DNA from: Candidatus Levyibacteriota bacterium
GTDB lineage: Bacteria > Patescibacteriota > Microgenomatia > Levybacterales > UBA12049
Direction of reading: 5' to 3'
NCBI GenBank assembly: GCA_016182185.1
Contig: JACOXU010000001.1
Location: 15,700-79,699, forward strand
DNA length: 64,000 nt
A model generated the notes under the pieces. That model did no database searches. It was not told where the DNA came from and worked only from the letters and a program-made list of their open reading frames with translations. Positions 18,541-27,089 of the stretch are shown in pieces (within the stretch, counting starts at the first letter, position 1; the number at the start of each line of letters is the position of its first letter). The position numbers and the translations under genes were made by a program.

Positions 18541-19005
18541 TTATGTAGATAATTTCTCAAGCGCCTTTAATGCATAAAATTTTATATTAGGAATAAGTTC
18601 CCTATTTTTTATGAGTTCATTTTTTGTAAACCATTTACATTCCTTACTTTTTTCACTTTCAATTGTTTCGGAAATAACGTTTGTGTCTGACTTAGCAAAA
18701 TAAATTAAAGTAACATGTTCGTGGGTATTGGAAATTCTATTTCTATTTAGAAAATACGGAGGAATTAGTTCTTTTGTATGATCTTTTTCTCTAAATATCC
18801 GTAAGGAATCATCTAATTCAATATCTAATCCAACTTCCTCCTTTACCTCGCGTATTGCTGCTTCATTTGGATCTTCATTAAATTCAATATGCCCCCCAAC
18901 GCTTAACCATTTTTTGTATTTATCATGCTTACGCAGTAATACTTTGTTTTTGAAAACAACAAAAACTTCAACTGTAAAATCAATTTTATCGTGGATATGC
19001 GGCAT
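18541..19005 (-). CDS. NUDIX hydrolase
   Basis: Nudix box GGHIEFNEDPNEAAIREVKEEVGL (Gx5Ex7REUxEExGU). Confidence 0.8.
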   Translation of the reverse strand: MPHIHDKIDFTVEVFVVFKNKVLLRKHDKYKKWLSVGGHIEFNEDPNEAAIREVKEEVGLDIELDDSLRIFREKDHTKELIPPYFLNRNRISNTHEHVTLIYFAKSDTNVISETIESEKSKECKWFTKNELIKNRELIPNIKFYALKALEKLST

Positions 19006-19115
19006 GCTTGGAATATATCAAAAAGTTCTGAAAAAGTACATCTTGCTGTATCTTAAGGTGCTATCACACGCCACATTTGAACTCAAAGCTGAATTTTGAT
19101 ATCATGTTTTTGCAT

Positions 19116-19186
19116 TGCCGGGTCGTCTAATGGTAGGACAACGGACTTTGGATCCGTTTATTTTGGTTCGAATCCAAGCCCGGCAG
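19116..19186 (+). tRNA. tRNA-Gln (anticodon TTG)
   Basis: TGCCGGGTCGTCTAATGGTAGGACAACGGACTTTGGATCCGTTTATTTTGGTTCGAATCCAAGCCCGGCAG. U1:A72 and discriminator G73 are as in bacterial tRNA-Gln. Confidence 0.85.
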
Positions 19187-19389
19187 CACGACTCGACACT
19201 CAGTGACCAACCCCTCTATATTAGCTTGTTATTGCGTGTCAAACCTCTAATCCAAAAGTTAAAGATTCGTACCACACTCTTGTTATTCAATAATACTATT
19301 TTGACTCACAAAAATTGTATAAATTTACTTGCTCTTTCTATCAGGGAACAACGTACTGCAAGGGATTTAGGAAGTCCGGCAGCAAAAAG

Positions 19390-20052
19390 CTATAAGGATA
19401 AAATATTTAGGCGTTTATCGTTAAAATTCATCAAATCAGATATGGAGTCAACTGTCATGTCCAATTTTGAGTGCTCTTTGTGATCTATGGTTGCGTAGTG
19501 GCCCTGACATACCTCAATTGCAAAAATAGCTGGAAATTGCTCCTTTATTTTTAAAAGCGTATCGGACTTATCTTCAATAATAACTATTTTATATCCCTCG
19601 TACTTCTTTGTTAGTTCTCCAACATGTTCCAATTTATGTTCGTACAGTGTAATGCCATCAACAAATGAAGCTAAACCACTCTGTTCAATCTTCCTTCTTT
19701 GGTATATGCTATCACCTTCTGTAAATATAACAACCTTTCCTAGCGTCTTGAGGTATTTAAGAACTTCAATTGCCTTCGGGTATAAGGCGTGGCTAAATTC
19801 GATATTTTCAAAAATTCTGCTAAGTGTAAGATCGCAAGTATTTTTATGTTTCTCAGCACAATACTCATGAATAATATTAGGAAAATCGACGAGCTTTTTG
19901 TATTCACGAAATTCCTCATGATGCTGCCAGAAATGATTTGCTTCTTTATTCCCAAGCACTCTAATCAACGATTTCTTTATCTCGTCTTTTATGTGATCAT
20001 TATTAAGAAGAGTATTATCAACATCAATAAAAATTACAACTCGCTTTTCCAT
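19390..20052 (-). CDS. HAD-superfamily hydrolase
   Basis: Motif I FIDVDNTL (DxDxT). The start is probably the internal Met (MEKRVVIF). Confidence 0.7.
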   Translation of the reverse strand: MEKRVVIFIDVDNTLLNNDHIKDEIKKSLIRVLGNKEANHFWQHHEEFREYKKLVDFPNIIHEYCAEKHKNTCDLTLSRIFENIEFSHALYPKAIEVLKYLKTLGKVVIFTEGDSIYQRRKIEQSGLASFVDGITLYEHKLEHVGELTKKYEGYKIVIIEDKSDTLLKIKEQFPAIFAIEVCQGHYATIDHKEHSKLDMTVDSISDLMNFNDKRLNILSL

Positions 20053-20107
20053 AAGCTCTTTTCCATTAGTATAACAATTGCTATACTGAATGTGTACCAT
20101 TTTTTCA

Positions 20108-21007
20108 ATGAATAATACTCCAACAGTAACAGTTAATCAGATGCGAGAAGTTGACAGACTCATGGTTGATGAAATTGGAGTTTCAATACTCATGATGATG
20201 GAAAACGCGTCAAGAAATATTGCGATACTTTCTCGCAAATTGCTTGGAGGAAACGTAAAAAAGAAACATATCGTAGTTCTCTGTGGTAAAGGCAATAACG
20301 GCGGTGATGGGTTAAGTGCTGCTCGGCATTTGATAAATTTTGGGGGAACGGTAACTTGCATACTTTCCGAGCACAAAGAAAATCTAAGAAGTAATGCTCG
20401 TGTGCAATTTAACGTTTTAGAAAACATAGATGCCGCGATCATAGAATTCTCGGATGAACAAAAAGGACTCATTCAAGAAAAGATAAAAAATTCAGATTTG
20501 ATAATTGATGCGCTCCTTGGGTACAACCTGAAAGGCAATCCGGAGGAGCCTATCGCTACGCTTATTCGCTTAGCAAATAAGTCACGAAAGCCAATTCTTG
20601 CTGTTGATATACCTTCTGGTCTTTCAGGAGATGCGGGAGAAGCTTCCGAGCCAACCATAAAAGCTACCGCAACGCTTACTCTTGCACTTCCAAAAGTCGG
20701 CTTGCAGAAAGATATGGCAAAAGAATATGTGGGAGAATTGTATTTAGCTGATCTGTCTGTACCGGCTGTTGTTTATAGAAAACTTGGTATTGATGTCCCA
20801 ATCTTATTTGAATTTGTTGGTCAAACAATACAGGTGATCGGTGAAGTAATGATTGGTATCACAGCCATTATGGTTCATAGACGAGTATGGAAAGAGCATA
20901 AAATTAACCCCCTTGTTTACAAAGAGATGCAGCGAGAGCAAATTATAGGCATTTTGGGAATTGTTTTATTAGTTGCAGGATATTTTATACAAATATTATG
21001 GAATTAA
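20108..21007 (+). CDS. NAD(P)H-hydrate epimerase (YjeF N-terminal domain) with an unusual C-terminal two-TM extension
   Basis: VLCGKGNNGGDGLSAARHL YjeF_N signature. The last ~60 aa are two hydrophobic helices (VIGEVMIGITAIMV; IIGILGIVLLVAGYFIQILW). There is no YjeF_C dehydratase domain. Confidence 0.7.
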   Translation: MNNTPTVTVNQMREVDRLMVDEIGVSILMMMENASRNIAILSRKLLGGNVKKKHIVVLCGKGNNGGDGLSAARHLINFGGTVTCILSEHKENLRSNARVQFNVLENIDAAIIEFSDEQKGLIQEKIKNSDLIIDALLGYNLKGNPEEPIATLIRLANKSRKPILAVDIPSGLSGDAGEASEPTIKATATLTLALPKVGLQKDMAKEYVGELYLADLSVPAVVYRKLGIDVPILFEFVGQTIQVIGEVMIGITAIMVHRRVWKEHKINPLVYKEMQREQIIGILGIVLLVAGYFIQILWN

Positions 21008-21369
21008 TTTTTGTCTATAATGCAGATTCAGGGTTTTTTAATAGCATTAAAGATCTAATTCATAAATCTGTATCACCAAAAACATATGGATGTAATCTTT
21101 GCGGACTCACCTTTAGTGGGGCTTCAATGAAACAAGAATGGAGAGAATTCCTAGATAGTCTTCCGATAAGGGCTACGTTTTTGCATAAAGATGAATTTAC
21201 AAAGCAATACCCAAAATACGCGATGATAACTTATCCAGTTGTATTCAAAAAAGAGAACGGAATACTCAAAGGATTTATTTATACTGATGAGATAAATCAA
21301 CAAAAGACACTTGAAACGCTTCAAAAACTCGTACGAGACAAGATGCAAGCCCACGAGTCTAGGGCTTGA
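20998..21369 (+). CDS. hypothetical protein (123 aa)
   Basis: Contains a GCNLCGLT C-x2-C element; no recognised family. Confidence 0.4.
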   Translation: MELIFVYNADSGFFNSIKDLIHKSVSPKTYGCNLCGLTFSGASMKQEWREFLDSLPIRATFLHKDEFTKQYPKYAMITYPVVFKKENGILKGFIYTDEINQQKTLETLQKLVRDKMQAHESRA

Positions 21370-21892
21370 TAAAACTTTTTTCTCCAGCTCTTATTGCAGC
21401 AGGTAAGATGTTTTCTCCTGGAGTGATAGGACAATCCCATTGGTCATTATAAGAACTGTAGGGATTGTAGGCATAATTAAAATCAATTACTAATTTATCT
21501 CCTTTTTTAGGAATTTGTAACATCCGGCCATTTTTATAAGTTTCTTTACCGGTAGTTTGATCTCTAAACAGTAAGTAATACTGAAACTGTTCCCGCTCTG
21601 GATCTTCAAAAACTATAGCATCTACATTTTGGCCTTCAACATTAAACATAACTTTACCGGCTCTTAAATAGACTTGCTCATCTCCACCCGTAGTTTTAAT
21701 AACAACTTTTTTACCAACATCCGAAATATTCTTATCCAATTCCAGCTCAAAACTTAAACCTGGATTCGGCGGAAAATATTTTAATCCGGTAAAAGTTTCC
21801 TTCTGATCTTCAGTTAAAGGAGACTCAATATTTTCTCTCCAAGCTCTATCCTTCTGTTTTCTAAATTCTAATAGTTTTTCTTTACTGTACAT
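21359..21892 (-). CDS. DUF1684-like protein
   Basis: GLKYFPPNP...DFNYAYNPYS... pattern resembling DUF1684. It is the last gene of the co-directional redox block. Confidence 0.5.
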   Translation of the reverse strand: MYSKEKLLEFRKQKDRAWRENIESPLTEDQKETFTGLKYFPPNPGLSFELELDKNISDVGKKVVIKTTGGDEQVYLRAGKVMFNVEGQNVDAIVFEDPEREQFQYYLLFRDQTTGKETYKNGRMLQIPKKGDKLVIDFNYAYNPYSSYNDQWDCPITPGENILPAAIRAGEKSFIKP

Positions 21893-21895
21893 AAT

Positions 21896-24283
21896 CTATT
21901 TTTTACTCCTTACATTGTGTCCACCGAACTCATGACGTAAAGCCGAGACAACCTGACCGGTATATGAGGGTTTTCCTTGAGATTTTTTTCTAAACTCGAC
22001 TGCCCCCTCAATAATTTCTACTGGTACGTCCATTTCTCTTGCTGTTTCAACAGTCCATTTCCCTTCGCCGCTTTGAGATACTTTTCCAGAACAACATTCT
22101 TGGGTATTTAGATCATCGCCAAACTTGGCATACGCATCTTTAAGCCATCCGACAAGACGAGAAGTAATAACCGAACCGTGATTGTAAAGATCGGCAACGG
22201 AATACAAATCAAGTGAAAAAGGAGACTTTTTAAGAATCTCAAATCCTTCACCAATTGACTGCATCATACCGTACTCGATCCCGTTATGTACCATTTTTAC
22301 GAAATGTCCAGCGCTGGCATTGCCCATATAGCCGTATCCATCTTTAATCGATAAATCTCGGAATAAAGGCTCATGTCTTTCATAAAGTTCTTTTTTACCT
22401 CCAACCATAATACAAGCACCATTGAGCGCACCATCCGGACCACCTGAAACTCCAACGTCCAAGAAATTAATTCCACTTTTGTCTAGGTCTTTTGAGCGAC
22501 GGATAGAGTCTTTATAAGGTGAATTACCACCGTCTATAATAGTGTCTCCTTTTTCAAGAAGAGGTACAAGCTCGTTTAAAACTTCGTCAACTGCCTGGTA
22601 AGATGCCATTAGCCAAATTGTGCGGGGGTTTTTAAGTTTTTCAACCAGTTCTTCCAGAGAATGGGTGCCAAGAATCCCTTCAGACTCATAAACCTTGGTT
22701 ACCTCGTAAGTCCTGTTATAACCGTACACCTTCCATCCTTTTGAAACTAATTGTTTCGCCAGATTTGCCCCCATTTTCCCAAGACCTATAATCCCTATTT
22801 CGTTTATTTTTACCTTTCCTTTTTTGATCATATTTCCCCTCGCGCTTTTATCTAATTCAGGGGCTGGAGTTGTGTCCGGTTTGTATTTCAAAAGCGGAGC
22901 AAGATTTTCCTTCCATGCCTCAATGACAGGGTCTGCAAATTTCCACTGAGCTTCAACTTCATTTTGAGAAATAAAAAGCGATTGATCAGCATGTATAGCG
23001 TGATAAAGAACCTTTGCGTATTCTTCAACATATTGTACTTTGGTTTGCTTTTTGTATAAAAAGAATGAAAAAGTTCTTTCCTCAAGCACTCGTTCAAACC
23101 CCGGTTTTTTAGTCCAGAAATGAATTACTATTTCATCCCTTGGTTCAAGGCGAAAAACTATACGATTTGGTGTATGCTTGCGGATTTCACACAAGTGGCA
23201 CACTTTTGGATGTTTTAATGTTAAGACAATTTCTTTTCGCACCTCTCCCATACGCTTACCTGCTGAAAGTGTTATCGATACACCTTTCCATTTTGGATGA
23301 AGAAGTTCAGTTTTAAGCGCAAAATATGTTTCCGTATTGGAGTTAGGTGTAACGTCTTGAATCTCTTTGTAGCCTTTATATTGCGCTCGGAATGTGTTCT
23401 TTGTTAAAATTTCCCTTCTCCACGGCAAAAGAGCCTCAAGGATTTTTGCTCTGGTTTTTCTGATGCCTGTTTCTTCTTCGTTTGATGGATATTCCATAGT
23501 GAGCGCAGCAAGCATTGAGAGAAGATGATTTTGTCCCACATCCCGCAAAGCTCCAACCTGATCATAAAAGCTTCCTCTATCTTCAACGCCTATTTTTTCA
23601 TGAAGCTGCAGATCAATGCTGTCGATGGTTGAATTATCCCAAATGTTCTCAAAGAGATTATTGGAAAATCGAAAATTTTCTATTCCCTGAACTATTTCTT
23701 TAAAAAGGTAGTGATCAATGCGGTAAATTTGCTCTTCCTTAAAATATGAAGAGAGAAGTGTCTGAAGCTTTCTTGCCGTTGCAAGATTGGTACCAAACGG
23801 TTTTTCAATAAGAATTCTGCTCCAGCCGAGTTTTCCTCCACAAGGGATGTTTAATTTCACTGCTGCAAGGTTTTTGAAAATCAAATCATAATTTATTGGC
23901 GGAACTGCCAGATAAAAAAGCTTATTAGCACAAATTCCCCATAAATTTTCTGTTTCGCTAATTTTGTTGACTAGAGCCTGATATGCTTTTTCATCTTCAA
24001 AAGTGCCATTCTGATAAGAAAAGGTCACAAAAAATTTCGAGAATTTCTCGCTTGTTACGTTTTCCCCGCTGCGTTTTTTAACCGAATCGAAAACATAGTC
24101 TTTAAATTCTTGAGCAGAAAAATCTCTTCTTGAAAAGCCTATAACGGAAATGTTATCGGGCAAAAGGTTCTGCTCGAAGAGGTGCCAGAGAGAAGGAATA
24201 ATTTTTTTTGCCGCCAGGTCTCCCGTTACGCCAAATATTACAAGAATTGTCGGTATTTCTTTTGATATTTCCTTTGATTCCAT
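21896..24283 (-). CDS. fused glucose-6-phosphate 1-dehydrogenase / 6-phosphogluconate dehydrogenase (decarboxylating)
   Basis: N-terminal half: G6PD motifs GVTGDLAAKKIIPSL (dinucleotide-binding) and RIDHYLFKE (G6PD signature RIDHYLGKE). C-terminal ~300 aa: 6PGDH motifs IGIIGLGKMGANLA, GGNSPYKDSIRR, GVSGGPDGALNG, GHFVKMVHNGIEYG, GEGKWT. Single uninterrupted ORF of 808 aa; the start is probably the Met at MESKEIS. Confidence 0.85.
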   Translation of the reverse strand: MESKEISKEIPTILVIFGVTGDLAAKKIIPSLWHLFEQNLLPDNISVIGFSRRDFSAQEFKDYVFDSVKKRSGENVTSEKFSKFFVTFSYQNGTFEDEKAYQALVNKISETENLWGICANKLFYLAVPPINYDLIFKNLAAVKLNIPCGGKLGWSRILIEKPFGTNLATARKLQTLLSSYFKEEQIYRIDHYLFKEIVQGIENFRFSNNLFENIWDNSTIDSIDLQLHEKIGVEDRGSFYDQVGALRDVGQNHLLSMLAALTMEYPSNEEETGIRKTRAKILEALLPWRREILTKNTFRAQYKGYKEIQDVTPNSNTETYFALKTELLHPKWKGVSITLSAGKRMGEVRKEIVLTLKHPKVCHLCEIRKHTPNRIVFRLEPRDEIVIHFWTKKPGFERVLEERTFSFFLYKKQTKVQYVEEYAKVLYHAIHADQSLFISQNEVEAQWKFADPVIEAWKENLAPLLKYKPDTTPAPELDKSARGNMIKKGKVKINEIGIIGLGKMGANLAKQLVSKGWKVYGYNRTYEVTKVYESEGILGTHSLEELVEKLKNPRTIWLMASYQAVDEVLNELVPLLEKGDTIIDGGNSPYKDSIRRSKDLDKSGINFLDVGVSGGPDGALNGACIMVGGKKELYERHEPLFRDLSIKDGYGYMGNASAGHFVKMVHNGIEYGMMQSIGEGFEILKKSPFSLDLYSVADLYNHGSVITSRLVGWLKDAYAKFGDDLNTQECCSGKVSQSGEGKWTVETAREMDVPVEIIEGAVEFRKKSQGKPSYTGQVVSALRHEFGGHNVRSKK

Positions 24284-24288
24284 AATTA

Positions 24289-25638
24289 TTATTCGATTGC
24301 AAAAAATGCCCTTTGTAACCATTCTGGTAAAGCTGGGTGAATATAAACAGAATTTGTAATTGCTTTTACAGTTCCATTTGCCTTCATGGCAACAATTACT
24401 TCATGAATTAGGGTAGATGCTTCATGACCTACGATATGAGCTCCAAGAATTTTTTCTCCATTCTTATCAGTTAGAACTTTTGCGAGTCCATTTTCTTGTA
24501 ATGCTCCACCCATACCGGTATCTTTGAGCTCTGCTCTCCCTACTTTATAAGCTGTACCTTCTTTTTTAAGCTCTTGCTCTGTTTTACCAACTCCACCAAC
24601 CTGAGGAGATGAAAAAACCGCATGACCTATTGCAAAGGGATTAAATGGTACTTTTTTATCAGTAAAAGCGTTTCTAATTGAAAATCCAACTTGGTCATTG
24701 GCGGTATGTCGAAACGGCAAGATACCAAGTATATCCCCAAACGCCCAGATACCATCAACATTTGTCTCAAGGTACTCATTAACCTTAATATACCCATTGT
24801 CATTCACCTCAACTCCTGTTGTCTTAACATCTAAGATGTCGGTATTGGGAACTCTGCCAGTAACAACCAGCAATTGATCACTCTCAAGTTTTCTTTCACT
24901 GTCTTTTAAGGTAATAATGAAATTGCCGTTTTGGTAGGAAACCGACTCTGCCTGTGTATTAAAGAGAATTTCATATTTTTTAGAAAACTTCTTGGTGAAC
25001 CATTGGGCTATTTCTTCATCTTCATCACTCAACATGAGATTTCCCCTGACCAAAATTGTAATTTTAGTTCCTAAAGCTCCATAAAAATGTGCAAGCTCTG
25101 CTGCTATATAACCGCCGCCTATAATTATTAAATGTTTTGGTTGTTTCTCAAGCCTTAATGCTTTTGTACTATCTAGAAATGGTGTATTTTTCAAACCCGG
25201 AATTGGGGGTATGGAAGGCCTGGTGCCTCCGACAATAAATACTTTATCAGCCTCAATCTGACCATCTCCTACCTGCATTTGTTTTGGACCAATAAACTTA
25301 CCGCGCATTTTATAGAGGATAGGGTTTCCGTTTTCTCTGACAGACTTTTCAATACCGGCCGAATCAGTATCTACCACCTCAGAGACTCGTTTTACGATCG
25401 ATGCAAAATCTATGCTTTCTATCTTGCTTTTAATCCCAAATTTTCCGCTATTTTTAATAGCTTCAGCAACATCCGATGAGTGGATCAACATCTTTGAGGG
25501 TATGCAACCTCGATTTAGACACGTTCCACCCAGCGGGCCTTCTTCGACTATTGCAACAGACATTTCTTTTTCTGCAGCAAATGATGCTACTTCGAGTCCG
25601 GCTCCTGATCCCACAACTAAAACATCAAACTTTTTCAT
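24289..25638 (-). CDS. class I flavoprotein pyridine nucleotide-disulfide oxidoreductase (glutathione reductase / Lpd-like)
   Basis: FAD-binding GSGAGL; redox-active GGTCLNRGCIPSK; a second Rossmann GGGYIAAEL with a VRG element; a C-terminal dimerisation domain with HPALPE. Confidence 0.85.
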   Translation of the reverse strand: MKKFDVLVVGSGAGLEVASFAAEKEMSVAIVEEGPLGGTCLNRGCIPSKMLIHSSDVAEAIKNSGKFGIKSKIESIDFASIVKRVSEVVDTDSAGIEKSVRENGNPILYKMRGKFIGPKQMQVGDGQIEADKVFIVGGTRPSIPPIPGLKNTPFLDSTKALRLEKQPKHLIIIGGGYIAAELAHFYGALGTKITILVRGNLMLSDEDEEIAQWFTKKFSKKYEILFNTQAESVSYQNGNFIITLKDSERKLESDQLLVVTGRVPNTDILDVKTTGVEVNDNGYIKVNEYLETNVDGIWAFGDILGILPFRHTANDQVGFSIRNAFTDKKVPFNPFAIGHAVFSSPQVGGVGKTEQELKKEGTAYKVGRAELKDTGMGGALQENGLAKVLTDKNGEKILGAHIVGHEASTLIHEVIVAMKANGTVKAITNSVYIHPALPEWLQRAFFAIE

Positions 25639-25675
25639 ATTACCTCTTCTAGTTTATCAACAAATTGCTACTTTT

Positions 25676-25876
25676 TTAACTGCTCGTACTGTGTTGTTGT
25701 CCATGTGTTGCTAAATCTTGTGGAGATTTTGCTTTCATGCCGCATTTAGAGCATATTATCGAATGTTCTTCTTGCTCATCTTTATTACTGTGCATTTGTT
25801 TTGCGTGGGAATCCATTTCATCTTGAGAATCAAACTGACCTCCGCACATAGGACATTTTAATTTATTGCTATCCAT
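25676..25876 (-). CDS. small protein with two C2H2-type zinc-finger-like motifs (66 aa)
   Basis: CPMCGGQFDSQDEMDSHAKQMH and CSKCGMKAKSPQDLATHGQQH both fit C-x2-C-x12-H-x3/4-H. A strong GGAGGTGA RBS lies 8 nt upstream. Confidence 0.6.
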   Translation of the reverse strand: MDSNKLKCPMCGGQFDSQDEMDSHAKQMHSNKDEQEEHSIICSKCGMKAKSPQDLATHGQQHSTSS

Positions 25877-25917
25877 TTTACTTCACCTCCTTTTATGTTC
25901 GTAAATTGTTAGAATGC

Positions 25918-26166
25918 TTATAAACCTAGCACTTTATCTAAAGCTTCTTTATTAAATCCTAAAATCGCAACTTCCTTTCCATCGTCTTTTACAATATGTG
26001 TGCAGGGTACTCCCATAGATTTGCAAATATGCATTGCCTCTGCTGCCTTATCTGGATTATAGTCAAGAACTATATCCTCAAAAGAAATATTCTTCTCTTT
26101 TAAGTAGCTCTTCAGCATATGACAATAGGGACAAGCTGTTGTCGAGTAAACTTTTATTTTAGCCAT
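25918..26166 (-). CDS. glutaredoxin (CPYC active site)
   Basis: KVYSTTACPYCHMLKSYL is a classic Grx CPYC motif and fold; about 82 aa starting from the MAKIKVY ATG. The ORF-track start at 26175 is a GTG. Confidence 0.8.
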   Translation of the reverse strand: MAKIKVYSTTACPYCHMLKSYLKEKNISFEDIVLDYNPDKAAEAMHICKSMGVPCTHIVKDDGKEVAILGFNKEALDKVLGL

Positions 26167-26461
26167 TTCTATCACCTGCCTTCATTTTATCCTTATGCAT
26201 TATTATTAGATTTTTGTTTGCGTCAAGCGCCTTTTTCAGCTCTTCATTTGAAGGCTCAACAAGAACCTCGCCATTAGGAAACAAAATAGTCGGAATCGAC
26301 TGCATTCCGCGATTTATCTCTTCAACTTCTGCTGCTGCACTTGGATCTTTATCTATATTTATGTATTCGTACATAACACCTCTTTGGTCAAGAAAGAATC
26401 TAGATCTATGGCAATCGGCGCACCAGTCAGCTCCATAAAATTTTATATGCTTCGAACTCAT
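26159..26461 (-). CDS. glutaredoxin-like / thioredoxin-fold protein (CADC active site)
   Basis: IKFYGADWCADCHRSRFFL is a Cx2C motif in the thioredoxin-fold position, with a later ...SIPTILFPNG cis-Pro-type region. Confidence 0.7.
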   Translation of the reverse strand: MSSKHIKFYGADWCADCHRSRFFLDQRGVMYEYINIDKDPSAAAEVEEINRGMQSIPTILFPNGEVLVEPSNEELKKALDANKNLIIMHKDKMKAGDRNG

Positions 26462-26493
26462 ATCAGTTTATATATGTAATAAGATAACATCGA

Positions 26494-26646
26494 TTAATTG
26501 TGATTGTGATCTTGTTCACGGTTTTCATTTTTTTCTTTTTTATGACTTGGGTCAGTACAGTTTTTATCTGTACATTTCTCAATCACACCGATCGCCTTTC
26601 CCATTCTGCACATCGTACAATTATCGTGTTTTCCATGTCCCATCAT
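26494..26646 (-). CDS. unannotated 50-aa Cys/His-rich small protein
   Basis: Not in the ORF track because it is under 60 aa. A GGAGGTG RBS 7 nt upstream, then ATG ATG; translation MMGHGKHDNCTMCRMGKAIGVIEKCTDKNCTDPSHKKEKNENREQDHNHN (4 Cys, 5 His). It fills the gap between the CADC-Grx gene and the 117-aa membrane protein gene on the same strand. Confidence 0.45.
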   Translation of the reverse strand: MMGHGKHDNCTMCRMGKAIGVIEKCTDKNCTDPSHKKEKNENREQDHNHN

Positions 26647-26721
26647 ATAATTTCACCTCCTTATTTGTGGTTTAATCATACAAATAATTTTATCTTTGTT
26701 CTGTCGCCCGGACGACATGTT

Positions 26722-27075
26722 TTATTTATTCTCTTTAATTATCTTACCGAGTCTAACAGGCATCATAATTAATGCAATCAAAATTCCAAAAAGTAGAACA
26801 AATATTCCGGTTAATATGTTACCAACTCCGACAAGTTTAAGTCTTAAAAGTTCCGATGGGTAATTTTGTATTTGTACTAACTGGGAGTTGAGTTCTGATC
26901 CTGTTTCTGCCGCGTCCCTGATTTCTTTACTTTGAATAAAGTATTCGGACTGAAGCACATGAAATTTTGCCTCCTCAACAGTTACTCTCTGATGCATTTG
27001 TATCCCAATTCCTGCAAATATAATACCTGCAATCATAAACACTGCCATCATTCCCATCATCATCGTCTTCATCAT
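26722..27075 (-). CDS. small membrane protein with a Met-rich N-terminus (117 aa)
   Basis: N-terminus MMKTMMMGMMAVFMIAGIIF; two TM helices (N- and C-terminal); GGAGGTGA RBS. Confidence 0.5.
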   Translation of the reverse strand: MMKTMMMGMMAVFMIAGIIFAGIGIQMHQRVTVEEAKFHVLQSEYFIQSKEIRDAAETGSELNSQLVQIQNYPSELLRLKLVGVGNILTGIFVLLFGILIALIMMPVRLGKIIKENK

Positions 27076-27089
27076 TTTTATCTCACCTC

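Noticed and set aside
19115-19483. 122-aa ORF starting inside tRNA-Gln
   Set aside because: Its N-terminus is the tRNA-Gln sequence itself. The remainder is low-complexity and AT-rich, with no RBS.
26500-26772. 90-aa plus-strand ORF (hydrophobic)
   Set aside because: It is antisense to the well-supported 50-aa Cys/His ORF (perfect RBS) and to the end of the 117-aa membrane protein gene. It has no RBS and a nonsense-like composition.
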